The notes beneath the pieces were generated by a model, which saw only the letters and a program-made list of their open reading frames with translations, was not told the origin of the DNA and made no database searches. The position numbers were made by a program, and so were the translations under genes. DNA of 64,000 nt from a virus, in the IMG/VR virus record IMGVR_UViG_3300042561_001378, positions 1 to 64,000 of that record; one strand, written 5' to 3'. Shown piece after piece: positions 1 through 11,410 of this stretch; position 1 is the stretch's first letter; the number at the start of each line of letters is the position of its first letter.

Positions 1-180
1 AACGGAGCCGAAGTCACCACGTCGATCGCGGCGGTGGATGCCTGGGTAAAAACTGCTATTCGCTTGGGCAAAATACCCAATCACAAGGCTGAGAGCATCA
101 CTCCGTTTCTGGCAAAACTTGAGGCATTGAAATACCTGAAATCTACTGGCGATAAAGCGTGGATTGTCACCTTGCGCTAA
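1..180 (+). CDS. 3' end of hypothetical protein (truncated by window edge)
   Basis: Frame 1 open from base 1 to TAA at 178-180 (…LKYLKSTGDKAWIVTLR*). Confidence 0.6.
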   Translation, partial: NGAEVTTSIAAVDAWVKTAIRLGKIPNHKAESITPFLAKLEALKYLKSTGDKAWIVTLR

Positions 181-254
181 TCAACACCCAGGGCTCCACG
201 GGGTTCTGGCTGGTGGTTCGCCGCCAATGTAAACCTGATTTTTGGAGACAAGCA

Positions 255-365
255 ATGAGCCAGCAAAAAGACCAAAAAAGCAGCGACGACCGTAGTTTTC
301 CCGACGGCCTGACGAGAGAAGAAGTCCTAGAACGTCAGCAAGAACGACTGAAGGGAAAGAAATAG
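255..365 (+). CDS. 36-aa small protein MSQQKDQK…LKGKK
   Basis: GGAG RBS upstream of ATG 255; follows repeat copy 1. Confidence 0.6.
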   Translation: MSQQKDQKSSDDRSFPDGLTREEVLERQQERLKGKK

Positions 366-449
366 CTCACAAGGAAGCCAACACCCAGGGCTCCACGGAG
401 TTCTGGCTGGTGGTTCGCCGCCGCAATTTACCTGAATGGAAGGAAAATC

Positions 450-563
450 ATGCCAACACAAAAGCCCAAAGATGAAGACTATACCGTGATAGTTCCCACT
501 ACGCCGGGGAAACCGATAAGAACGGCTGAGTGGTGGGAAAGGCCGCAGACCGGAAAGAAATAG
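450..563 (+). CDS. 37-aa small protein MPTQKPKDEDY…PQTGKK (not in ORF track)
   Basis: GGAAGGA RBS, ATG 450, TAG 561-563; same 3' end GGAAAGAAATAGCTCACA as previous ORF. Confidence 0.6.
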   Translation: MPTQKPKDEDYTVIVPTTPGKPIRTAEWWERPQTGKK

Positions 564-644
564 CTCACAGCTAATCAACACCCAGGGGCTCACGGGTCTC
601 TGGCTGGTGGTTCGCCACTCACTGATAATTCCAGGGAGACACCT

Positions 645-1016
645 ATGACCTACCGAAAATTCCCCAAGTACGATGCACGAAAATACGCCTGCGCATTCTT
701 TCCGTTCCTTCAAGCGCGGCATATCCACCACACCAGCTACAAAGGGCCAGAGCGCTTGTACTGGGACATGCTGCCATTGTCGGTGCCTGCCCATTGGCTG
801 ATTCATGGCGTGGCAGGGGGTGTGCTCACGATGCCCAAGGCGGTGACTCGCCAGAACTGGATCGCTCGCCGGTTGCCCCTGACCTGGCTCTGGAAGTACC
901 CCAATCCAGTGCAACGGATACTCCATGCATGGTGCAGAATACCGGGGTTCCTGAGGATTGCCGGGATACTGCTGGGGCTGGTGCTTTATATGGCTCCGGG
1001 ATTGCTAGGGCTGTGA
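645..1016 (+). CDS. Degenerate HNH-like protein with C-terminal hydrophobic segment
   Basis: HIHHTSY…E…DMLPL…AHWLIH resembles HNH pattern; GGAG RBS. Confidence 0.5.
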   Translation: MTYRKFPKYDARKYACAFFPFLQARHIHHTSYKGPERLYWDMLPLSVPAHWLIHGVAGGVLTMPKAVTRQNWIARRLPLTWLWKYPNPVQRILHAWCRIPGFLRIAGILLGLVLYMAPGLLGL

Positions 1017-1058
1017 CCTGGCTGATTGAAATATAGACGACTGACCCACCCACCCCAA

Positions 1059-1094
1059 CAAAAAGCCCCCCGTAGTGGATACCGGGGGGCTTTG
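1059..1094. terminator. Probable bidirectional intrinsic terminator
   Basis: AAAAGCCCCCCG…CGGGGGGCTTT between convergent genes. Confidence 0.7.
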
Positions 1095-1202
1095 ACTATG
1101 AGGACATACCACCTACATAGTGTATCTCGTGGTCAGACTGTGACAAATAGCGGCTCCCTACGGGAACCTCATAGGCTCTGCCTTAACCTATAGTGCCACT
1201 CA

Positions 1203-1796
1203 CTACCCAACCGTGACACCCTCTTTCACAAATACGCCGTCAATCATCGCCCCATTCCGGCCCTCAATCTTTGCCAAGGCCAGGGCAAGACACTCCGGCC
1301 CCGACATTTCCAGCACGATCCGCGCTTCATCTTCGACGCACCGGGCGACGGCCCCGATTTCAGCGGGGATCCTGACGCTGTTTTCTTCCAGACTTTCACC
1401 TAATTCCGCCGCGTGTTGATCCACAAATGGCCAATTCTGCACCGCCCCGTTGGGCTGGCGCAGACACGCCTCAAGAGTTACCCCGTGCATCGCCGCCAGG
1501 ATAGTCAGCGTTACCAGCACATCGCCCATCTCCAGGGCAATGCGGGCAAGGCGGCGATCAAGTACCGCCTCACCTTCGACAATCAGGCCATGATCAGCGA
1601 GCAACCGCAACCGGGTGACTTTACTCACAATCAATTTCCGCCGCTCTAATTGGGCCTCCCCAATCTCCTCCAAGGTCTTCCGATACTGGCCCTGGGTAGT
1701 GCCCAGCAAGGGTCGGCCATCAGTGTGGGTGATCCGGCGATGGGTGGCCCAGGCCCGGATCTTGGGCTCAAGGTCGGCGTAGGTGGGGAGGGTCAT
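1203..1796 (-). CDS. MazG-like nucleotide pyrophosphohydrolase
   Basis: KTLEEIGE…EMGDVLVTL and C-terminal KIEGRNGAMIDGVFVKE typical of phage MazG-like proteins. Confidence 0.75.
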   Translation of the reverse strand: MTLPTYADLEPKIRAWATHRRITHTDGRPLLGTTQGQYRKTLEEIGEAQLERRKLIVSKVTRLRLLADHGLIVEGEAVLDRRLARIALEMGDVLVTLTILAAMHGVTLEACLRQPNGAVQNWPFVDQHAAELGESLEENSVRIPAEIGAVARCVEDEARIVLEMSGPECLALALAKIEGRNGAMIDGVFVKEGVTVG

Positions 1797-1809
1797 AGGG
1801 CTACCGTGA

Positions 1810-1992
1810 TTATTTACTATCATTCCTCTCCAAAAATTCTACTATTGCTTGCTCAATCACCGCCCGCAATGGACGGCCCGACTCTTGGCAGTACACCTGC
1901 AACGGCTGGTAGACTGCCCGCGCAATCGCAGTGGGCCGCACGGTATCACCGTCCAGCCCCTCAACCCGCTGCACCCCCTTGGGCCATGGCAT
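1810..1992 (-). CDS. Small ribbon-helix-helix-like DNA-binding protein
   Basis: …LQVYCQESGRPLRAVIEQAIVEFL pattern. Confidence 0.5.
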   Translation of the reverse strand: MPWPKGVQRVEGLDGDTVRPTAIARAVYQPLQVYCQESGRPLRAVIEQAIVEFLERNDSK

Positions 1993-2149
1993 AAACTTAC
2001 CTCGTAGACTCCCCCCAGAATAGCAGAAACCAGCACCCATTGACTAACAATATACAGTTTGTGCAATATACAGGGAATAGGTTGACAATCAATACAGGGT
2101 GAGGCTACAGTAGGCATGTTGAGATTCGCAGTTTTTTAGGAGAGTGGAT

Positions 2150-2290
2150 ATGTGGGTATATCAAGAGACCGAGCCGTTCCTCTACACCGTGGGGTTTTAT
2201 TCTCCAGATGGAACATGGCACACTGACAGCGACCACGCTGACCGGGACAAGGCCAGGGAGCGGGTGCATTACCTCAACGGCAACGATTAA
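2150..2290 (+). CDS. 46-aa phage protein MWVYQETEPFLYTVGFYSPDGTWHTDSDH…VHYLNG (not in ORF track)
   Basis: AGGAG RBS; TTGACA-N17-TACAGT-like promoter near 2082-2111. Confidence 0.7.
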   Translation: MWVYQETEPFLYTVGFYSPDGTWHTDSDHADRDKARERVHYLNGND

Positions 2291-2338
2291 CACCAGCGCA
2301 TCGCCGGGAGTAGCGCCCCGGCATTTTGGGAGATATCT

Positions 2339-2851
2339 ATGCCCAACTACGACGACCTAACCCGCGATGAGCTGATTGCAGCCCTGGCCGCCGCCAATGC
2401 CCGCGTAGAGGCCATGCGGATTGACCCTACCTATGGTGTACTGACCCGCGTGGCCCTTGACGCGGAGCCACCCCAGCACGGCGCAATCGTGTTCTGGGAT
2501 GTTGACCACATGCACGATCTAAACGAGCGATGGGGATACGAAGACGTAGACCGTCGCATCCGACTGGTTTGCAAGTCAATCAGAGAACGTGAAGATTGCA
2601 TCCTGGTGGCCCGGTGGTACTCCGGGGACGAACTTATCTACTGCTGCCCCATTGCCGATGCCGCCGCCGCCGCCGATCGCATTGTTGAGCTATTCAGGGC
2701 TCAGGGCATTGGCATTACCGCTGGGGTAGCCGAGATTGGACTCAATGGGTGGAAGGCTGCGGTCAGCGTGGCCTCCGGGCTGGTGCAAGCGGCGAAGAAG
2801 GCGGGTGACCGGGGCCGGGTGCATTTTATACTTAAAGCCCCAAAAGTATAA
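2339..2851 (+). CDS. Stand-alone GGDEF-domain (diguanylate cyclase-like) protein
   Basis: DPTYGVLTR, FWDVDHMHDLNERWGY..VD, ARWYSGDEL, TAGVA, AK..G.GR motifs; signature reads SGDEL. Confidence 0.8.
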   Translation: MPNYDDLTRDELIAALAAANARVEAMRIDPTYGVLTRVALDAEPPQHGAIVFWDVDHMHDLNERWGYEDVDRRIRLVCKSIREREDCILVARWYSGDELIYCCPIADAAAAADRIVELFRAQGIGITAGVAEIGLNGWKAAVSVASGLVQAAKKAGDRGRVHFILKAPKV

Positions 2852-2893
2852 TTCTGGAAATGCAAATTGTACTTGAGTAGAACACGCTGAGGC

Positions 2894-3097
2894 TCACGGC
2901 ATAGCCACCCACGCCGCCGGGTAAAACACCTGCACCAGGTCAGCGCCCCGCCATACCCTGAGGTTGCCGCTGCTGTTGCGATCGATGCTGTATCCTGGCC
3001 AATCCTCAAGGGGCAAAGGCAGGATAGAGGGGTCAGGCGGGGCCAGCCGTAGGCGGTCGAAGACGTAGCTAACAACAGCGCGATCGGTGTTTTCCAT
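2894..3097 (-). CDS. Hypothetical protein
   Basis: ATG ORF, 67 aa. Confidence 0.4.
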   Translation of the reverse strand: MENTDRAVVSYVFDRLRLAPPDPSILPLPLEDWPGYSIDRNSSGNLRVWRGADLVQVFYPAAWVAMP

Positions 3098-3103
3098 GGC
3101 GGT

Positions 3104-3331
3104 GTGGCGGAGAGTATAATTACGATTCTACCGCGAGAGGTCGCCGTGACAAATGCCGTAGTCCGTCGTTTACTTTACTGGATATTCCATTTCACCTTTG
3201 CAGTGTTTTGGATGGCCGTAGGTGCTCTGTGGGAATGGTCTCCGCTGGGGACAGCGCTATGGGTTGGGCTAATGGCCTTTATCTGCGACATGCCAATCTA
3301 CTCTTTGGCCAAAGCCATGGCTGGGCGGTGA
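3104..3331 (+). CDS. Small two-TM membrane protein
   Basis: Two hydrophobic segments. Confidence 0.5.
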   Translation: MAESIITILPREVAVTNAVVRRLLYWIFHFTFAVFWMAVGALWEWSPLGTALWVGLMAFICDMPIYSLAKAMAGR

Positions 3332-3466
3332 CACTCGTGACAAACCCGTGGTAGAATCGGGGTAGCTTATCGGTTGGTTGGTTGTGTGCTCCCTTGCGCG
3401 AATCTCCTAGGCCCCCAGCACCATTGCAGGCTCCATGCCTCGTGTGCTGGGGGTTTTGTTTTGGGC

Positions 3467-4732
3467 CTACAACAATCCCTTCCGCTGAAACCATTCTAAA
3501 ATCTGCCGCACCTTATAGCCTCGCTTCAGTAGCGCCTCCATCACCTGTTCGTCGGTGAGTAGATAGGCAACCCTAGTGATTGCGCTCCAATTTATTGTCC
3601 CCGCCGAAGCGTATGCCGTTGTGTTGGCAAGATCGATGATGTTGAAATAACTAATATTTGATATATCACTGGATAGCGGGGAAAGCTGGAATGCCTTCCA
3701 GTTGCCGACACTGCTTTGGAATACTACAACCCAGCCCTTACTCCCAAGCGTCCCGCCACTACTACCACGGCCCCACTCGATTGCGAAAACTTTATTACTC
3801 AAATTAGTTGAAGTTACAGCGTGGGATGCTCCCGTCCAACGGCCTGCGGAATCTATAGCCGATCCATCGGTTGTTACAGCAGTCATACTGCCCCATCTAT
3901 CAACGCCTAGGGGCGAATCCACGATTGTTAGCGTAAGGTCAATAGTGGAAACCCCATCAACCACCGATGCGCTAATACTTGATAAGGGATCCCAAGTTAT
4001 ACCATCATGCCTTGTGAATGCTGCTGTTGCAGCAGCAGCGGCAGGTGTCCCACCGTACCGCTTAAAAATCGAATAAGTTGTGGTACACCTAGGCGCTAAT
4101 TGGGCAGTACTTGGGGCGACATCTGAAATGCCAATTACTAGAGCGGTTCCACCCTCAGAGGCAACCGCTGAAAGTGCCCTGACGACTTGGCTTGTACCGG
4201 CTGTTATCTGGTTCCTGTAACCAACGATTTGGCACGCACCTAAAGATACTGTCTTACCTAGTTCGGTAAGGTGATCGGGGTTCTCAGGGATTAACTGAAA
4301 TGCGCCGTCAAAGCCCCAAGCATAAATCAGTAAAACATTTGGTTCGGTCGTTGTTACTGTACCAGAATCCAAAAAAGCTGTGGTTGAGTTAGCGCTATCC
4401 GTAACGTTACTTACGTGGATTGGCGTTGTAGTATTTGCGGATCTAACAACCACAATGGTAACGTTCCAATCATCACTAGCCCCTGTAGCTGAGAAATCAG
4501 CCTCAGCACTACTAGCCGCCAGTTTCCGAAATGCTGTAGTTCTCTGCCCCTGGGCTGCTGCCTGAGTACCAATTTGAGTCCACCCGGTTGCCGCAATCGT
4601 TGTACCACCACCATCCTGAGTGACAATAGCCAGCAGAATATCATTGGCCTGATGCCCTACTGGAATGGGTTGAGTGTAGGAAGCTGATGCTGCTTCCGAA
4701 ACAGTAGATTCAGAGAGAATTGGATACGCCAT
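3467..4732 (-). CDS. Virion/tail-associated beta-rich protein
   Basis: 421 aa, Ser/Thr/Ala-rich, last gene of tail-tip cluster. Confidence 0.6.
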   Translation of the reverse strand: MAYPILSESTVSEAASASYTQPIPVGHQANDILLAIVTQDGGGTTIAATGWTQIGTQAAAQGQRTTAFRKLAASSAEADFSATGASDDWNVTIVVVRSANTTTPIHVSNVTDSANSTTAFLDSGTVTTTEPNVLLIYAWGFDGAFQLIPENPDHLTELGKTVSLGACQIVGYRNQITAGTSQVVRALSAVASEGGTALVIGISDVAPSTAQLAPRCTTTYSIFKRYGGTPAAAAATAAFTRHDGITWDPLSSISASVVDGVSTIDLTLTIVDSPLGVDRWGSMTAVTTDGSAIDSAGRWTGASHAVTSTNLSNKVFAIEWGRGSSGGTLGSKGWVVVFQSSVGNWKAFQLSPLSSDISNISYFNIIDLANTTAYASAGTINWSAITRVAYLLTDEQVMEALLKRGYKVRQILEWFQRKGLL

Positions 4733-5022
4733 CTACCGCGCCCCCAACCATTGCACCGCCCGATCGCACCAGGCCAGTGCCCGCGCTACCGCCAGCGCTA
4801 GGTGCCACCGCCAGCCAGTGAGGGGGCGGAGTCGGGCTTCTTCGTCGGGGGTGGGTGGGCCTGGGGTATAGCTCATGTCCCTAGGCTAGGGTGGCCCAGC
4901 CCATAGCCTAAGAAATTCGGCTCTTTTGGCAGGCAGATTTAGCAAATAATCAGCGCATGTCAGGGGTGGTGAGCCTGGGGTGTAGCTCATGGCATTACCG
5001 CGCTATCCCCATGCTCTAGCCC

Positions 5023-5352
5023 ATGGTAAATTTATTGAAAGAATGGTATGGAGCGAGTATGGACGTTAACCTAGCCATCTATGGCGGTGCAGTCTGCACG
5101 GGAGCCCTGGCGGCAGTGACCGCGCAATGGGTCTACAACGAATGGTTGTGGCGGCTCGATCGCAGTACAGTGACGACGCCCAGCATCAAAGACCCATCGG
5201 CCCAGGTGGCTGCGCTCAATGCCTTGCTGTCGATAATCCGAGATGAGGATGCGCGGGAGGCTGGGCCTGTGCGTCAACCACCGATGCCCTATCCAGAACT
5301 GGATGAGTGGGGAGTGATGCAGGACTATGAGGGGGATGAGGTGGTTAGCTAG
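5023..5352 (+). CDS. Hypothetical membrane-anchored protein
   Basis: N-terminal hydrophobic segment. Confidence 0.45.
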   Translation: MVNLLKEWYGASMDVNLAIYGGAVCTGALAAVTAQWVYNEWLWRLDRSTVTTPSIKDPSAQVAALNALLSIIRDEDAREAGPVRQPPMPYPELDEWGVMQDYEGDEVVS

Positions 5353-6037
5353 GGTAGGTAGGTGATGCCCTCGATGGTGCGATCAGGTCGTAGTGAATAG
5401 CCGCCTTGCAAGGGTGGGTAGCGGCGTAGATGTAAGGTGGCCCGCTCTGTTTTTGGGTAACATTGCCCCCCATTATTCGATTCTCAGGCCAGGGCATAGG
5501 AGCAAATCCCAGATTGCTTAACGCCCATCCAATCACATAATCTTCTGCTGGCACCTCGCACCCTGCCAAGTCTGGCCTATAGATAGGGGCTTGATTCACT
5601 ATGGCATCCTCTTCTAGCAGCTTGCTATTCATCAGAGCTTCGAGCACCTCGCGGCTATACCCGGCGCAGGCTCCCACCACAACGGGCAATCCCTGGAACG
5701 GATCGACAAAACTTTTATTGCACTGCCCGAACCAATCAGCATCTGGGATTTGCTCAAAGGGTTTCCATACAAAAGTATCAGGGTCTAGGCCGATAAATAA
5801 ATCTGCATCCTGTTGCAAGCACAGCCGAAAATTTCTAGCTATGAATTGACCTAGCGATCCCTGCCTCTTTAACCGATCCCCCTCATAAACGACGGTGTCT
5901 GCTGATGGAGTTAAGGTGCTTGGCCCGTCAGTTATGGCTAGTGCTCTGTATCCGGGGTAATGCCTATCTAGCTGAGACATAAGCCGCAAAGCTAATGGCT
6001 CATCCCTATAAACATTGAAAAAAAAGCAAAGTTTCAT
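5345..6037 (-). CDS. Putative GT-A glycosyltransferase
   Basis: FIGLDPDTFV (DxD), G..G.SR..L and EDY.IG motifs. Confidence 0.6.
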   Translation of the reverse strand: MKLCFFFNVYRDEPLALRLMSQLDRHYPGYRALAITDGPSTLTPSADTVVYEGDRLKRQGSLGQFIARNFRLCLQQDADLFIGLDPDTFVWKPFEQIPDADWFGQCNKSFVDPFQGLPVVVGACAGYSREVLEALMNSKLLEEDAIVNQAPIYRPDLAGCEVPAEDYVIGWALSNLGFAPMPWPENRIMGGNVTQKQSGPPYIYAATHPCKAAIHYDLIAPSRASPTYPS

Positions 6038-6774
6038 AGGTCACCAAATGCGGGCAATAGATTATATCCTAGCGCTGCAAAATAGATGTTCAAATAGTCC
6101 CTCATAACGGTGTATGAATATTCAACAGTAAATAAGTTCCTAGCGATTAATACTTCGTAGTCAAGCATTTGTGTCTCTAGCTCCGACTGGAAGCTATCAA
6201 GTCGGGGCTCTGGGTATCCCCCTGCGGTCGGGTCAAGAAAAACATATTCCAAGTGGGTATCGATAGGCGCTGTTAAATTAATAAAAAATTCTTGCGTCTC
6301 GACAGGGCTGCTGCCTCCGCTGCCGGGGTCTGCTGAGATGATTTGAGGAACGAACAACTTTGCGCCTAATATGCTTTTTGTGCCAGCAGATAAAAAGGAT
6401 TGAAAATTAATAAAATCTGAATTGTAAAAAACATTGCTATTCACTCCAGAATCACCACGATGATAATTAGGATCAGCTTCATCCTGAAAGTTCAAAATAA
6501 CTACTTTATTCCCAGCGGCTTGTAAAGAAAAATCCCGATACCATCTAAGATACCTTTCGTCGTCTTCTTCTGTTTTGGTAACGATAAATTCATCTACCTG
6601 TTCAGAAGATGTAAATGTACCGATATTTGTTAACTCCGTTTTGATTAAACCAAGGGCCGTAAACAAGCTAGGCACTTGATCAGGGCTTAACGAACCGGAA
6701 TCATCCACAATTAAAACGACCGAAAACGGTAACGGACTGCCCCCATACCAAATAAAACTCCCTAGCCCCATCAC
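6034..6774 (-). CDS. VWA-domain protein
   Basis: VVLIVDDSGSL MIDAS motif. Confidence 0.6.
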   Translation of the reverse strand: MMGLGSFIWYGGSPLPFSVVLIVDDSGSLSPDQVPSLFTALGLIKTELTNIGTFTSSEQVDEFIVTKTEEDDERYLRWYRDFSLQAAGNKVVILNFQDEADPNYHRGDSGVNSNVFYNSDFINFQSFLSAGTKSILGAKLFVPQIISADPGSGGSSPVETQEFFINLTAPIDTHLEYVFLDPTAGGYPEPRLDSFQSELETQMLDYEVLIARNLFTVEYSYTVMRDYLNIYFAALGYNLLPAFGDL

Positions 6775-7331
6775 CCACCCCTGACCACGACAGTGGCGTA
6801 ATAGATCCCCGTCCCTACGGCATCGACTCGGACTCCTACAAAGTCAGCAGGCTCAATCACCGTCACCCCGAGAGTCACAGCATTACCATTCACTAACAGC
6901 GTCCCGGTGCCCGCCGTCGCACTGCCCCCCGTCTCTGTGCGGTTTGAGACGGTGAAGCTCACGACCACATACTGAGCTTCGGCCCGAGGGATGATGCCGT
7001 AAACATTGTTGACCACTGGATCCGGTATCCCGATCGCCCGTTCGGTGGTCTCCGCTGCAATATCAGGCAACCGCCCTTGTATCGGTGGCACAGACGCGAT
7101 AGTGATAATGCCGATGGGGTTACCGGGGATAAACGCAACCGCCGCATCCAGCCGAGGTTGAGAATCCCCAATCACCCGGCCCTGCGCTCGTCGGCCCTGG
7201 GGGTCTTCCACGTTGCCGACCTGGCCCTCTTGCCCCTTGACCCAGCCCTTCCAATACCAAACTGCACCCTCGGGCTTTAGCGGGGCGATACGTTGGGCGG
7301 CGGCGGTATTGTACTGGCTAGGGGAGGGCAT
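6771..7331 (-). CDS. Tail-associated protein
   Basis: Translationally coupled within tail-tip operon. Confidence 0.55.
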   Translation of the reverse strand: MPSPSQYNTAAAQRIAPLKPEGAVWYWKGWVKGQEGQVGNVEDPQGRRAQGRVIGDSQPRLDAAVAFIPGNPIGIITIASVPPIQGRLPDIAAETTERAIGIPDPVVNNVYGIIPRAEAQYVVVSFTVSNRTETGGSATAGTGTLLVNGNAVTLGVTVIEPADFVGVRVDAVGTGIYYATVVVRGG

Positions 7332-7333
7332 GG

Positions 7334-8113
7334 CTAGGCGGCAGGGTCATCGGCGGCATAGAGCGGATAGTTGAGCTGCCCGGTAGCGCTGGCAGCAACG
7401 ATGGTCTGGGTGCTATCAAACCTAAAGAACTGGGCCACGGTGCCTGTGGTGTTCCCCGGCGTGGCACTGCCCCCCCTGATGATGGCACAGCCGCTATAGG
7501 TGATGTTGGCCCCATTGGTATTGTCGAGCAGAATAGGCACCGTCAGGACGGCATAGTGCGATCGAGTAGCCAGGGCCGCGTCTGGCTCTACCAGGATAGA
7601 GGGGCTGGCCATGTTGATGGTGGGCCGGTTGCTGGTACTGCCTGCGGTGGTAGGGTAGGCCGCGATTTCGTAGCGCTCTAGGTTTGCCACGTTGAGGAAT
7701 AGGTTGTACTGGCTCCCGGTGATGATTGCGCCGGGGGTGACTTCGACGGCAGTATGGGTGCCACTACCCTGGGTGGTAAGGTCGATCGCACTACCGATCG
7801 CCCCCGCTGTGGTCAGGGTCGCTACGGTGATCTGAGTAGTGCTCGCCACTGAGGCCACATAGTAGGCGGTCTCTGCAACCAAGGGGGCCGGGAGTACCCC
7901 GGTGGTTTCAAACCGGAGACAGGTGCCCACGGCATAGTCACTGCTGGGCACCGTGACTACATTGGTGCTGGTGTTGACGTCCGTTGTGGCAAAGGTGCGG
8001 ATGGCCCCGGTTGCGGCCATGTTCATCAACATCAGGTGGAAGCTATCGCCATTGCTTTTGTAGAGCAGGTTGAGGTGACGGGTTAGCTCGGATAGGGGTG
8101 TGATTGAGGCCAT
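7334..8113 (-). CDS. Tail-associated structural protein
   Basis: TTGVLPAPLVAETAYYV…GSAIDLTTQGSGTH motif common in phage tail proteins. Confidence 0.6.
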   Translation of the reverse strand: MASITPLSELTRHLNLLYKSNGDSFHLMLMNMAATGAIRTFATTDVNTSTNVVTVPSSDYAVGTCLRFETTGVLPAPLVAETAYYVASVASTTQITVATLTTAGAIGSAIDLTTQGSGTHTAVEVTPGAIITGSQYNLFLNVANLERYEIAAYPTTAGSTSNRPTINMASPSILVEPDAALATRSHYAVLTVPILLDNTNGANITYSGCAIIRGGSATPGNTTGTVAQFFRFDSTQTIVAASATGQLNYPLYAADDPAA

Positions 8114-8153
8114 GGGTTACGCCCTCCTTATGATTTCTGCGGTGGCGATCGGG

Positions 8154-8399
8154 TTAAACTTTGCGTGGGTAAGCAAGTCCTGATGCAGGTCGAACCGATC
8201 CGCCAGAATCCACAGGACGGCCTGACGCCATGGTTTTGATAAACACAGCCGTTAACGGGTTGTTTAAGGCGGCTTGAATATCCCCAATGTCTGTAACCGT
8301 CTCAAAAAATACCTGCGGACGAGCATCCATCAACTGCGTTGAGAATGTCCCCGCTGGCGTAGAAATGTTGGGATTGCTTGCTGCTGAGATCCAAGTCAT
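8154..8399 (-). CDS. Hypothetical protein
   Basis: Coupled to neighbours; ends YPRKV. Confidence 0.5.
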   Translation of the reverse strand: MTWISAASNPNISTPAGTFSTQLMDARPQVFFETVTDIGDIQAALNNPLTAVFIKTMASGRPVDSGGSVRPASGLAYPRKV

Positions 8400-9234
8400 T
8401 ATGTTGTCTCCACTACCCAGTCGTTTTGTGAAATACCAAAGAACTGCCTACTGTTGGCGGCATAGGAAGTACCAAACCCAAAAGCCGTTGCTGATGCCAT
8501 CCACAATTTTGGATGCGCTGGATAGACCAATCTACCACTAGCGTCTGTGCCTCCTGAATAAGTGCCAGCAGCAATAAAAGCTAGCTTACACAAATGGCCC
8601 GAAATTGGAGTAGCTTGAATACTTGTTATAGCCTGCAAAGATCCAAGTTGAACATTTTGCACAATTCCGTATCTTCCCCCTCCGTCATCGCCCTCAACGG
8701 CCCAGTTGCCGTTAGTATCCTTGAAGATGGCTATAACATCTCTATACGCGGCGTTGTTTGCCATGTTCCAGCCAAGAATAAAAAATTCCTGACCTGAATC
8801 AGCCGAAGATGCAATTATAAACTCGGCCTGACCCCCTGAAATATACCACCCAATAGTAATATCCGAAGAAACAACGCTAGCGATTGCGCCGTATCCATCA
8901 TTTGTTGTATTGTCCGTCCAGCCAGATATCGGGAAAAGTTCAGCCCTTGCTCCAGACGTAGTATTTCCAGAAGCAATGGTGCTTGCAAAATGCAGCATGA
9001 AACCGGGTTGTGTTCCGTCAGTAAAACGGATAACCCACCCTACCCTAGTTCCTATTGAGTCAAGCGGATCCCGTAGAACGGTCACTTGCTTAGATGCATT
9101 GACACCATTAGCGTTGACAGCAGCAACCCAGGTGTCTAGCTTACTATTGATCTGCAACGGAGCATTAGCAGCATTCGTTGACTTCCAGTCGTATGTCCCT
9201 GATGCGAAGTTTTGGTATTCTACTGATACAGGCA

Positions 9235-9235
<1 letters not shown>
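8399..9235 (-). CDS. Tail-associated protein
   Basis: 278 aa, coupled ORF in operon. Confidence 0.55.
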
Positions 9236-10990
<1,755 letters not shown>

Positions 10991-10998
<8 letters not shown>

Positions 10999-11410
10999 CG
11001 CTTTCCAGTATCAATAAATCGCCGGACTCTATTAAGAAACTGCCTTCAGATTCTAAGTCTAAAACATCTACAAGTTGCTGTTCAAAAGATGGTATCCCGC
11101 CCATCAACATCCCCCCCAGCACCCTAGGCACAAATTGATAATGGGGCGGGGCCAGGGGCACCGCCGCTACCGTCACCAAAAACGAATCAGTGGAGGTTGC
11201 CGGGGTCGGACTAGCGCTATCCTGAACGCCCCAGACCAAGGCCGTAGCCGTCTGTAGCGTCGTCGGGGTGCCTGTGATTAACCCAGTGCTGGCGTTCAGG
11301 CTAAGCCCAGCCGGGAGCCCTGAGGCAATGCTGTAGATGTAGGGCGGTGTGCCCCCGCTGGCGATTAGCTGGATTGAGACAGGCAGGCCAGTGATGAGGG
11401 ATGAGGTCAT
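10991..11410 (-). CDS. Putative Ig (He_PIG-like) domain protein
   Basis: ASGGTPPY…[20 protein letters not shown]. Confidence 0.75.

Larger units (their letters stand above)
176..616 (+). repeat. Three copies of a ~45-bp double-hairpin repeat (about 176-225, 379-422, 570-616)
   Basis: CAACACCCAGGGCTCCACGG(G/A)GTTCTGGCTGGTGGTTCGCC; stems with CACG and UUCG loops, substitutions keep pairing. Confidence 0.85.

Noticed and set aside
327-926. 199-aa minus-strand ORF
   Set aside because: Overlaps plus-strand cassettes that have RBSs and structured repeats; no recognisable motif
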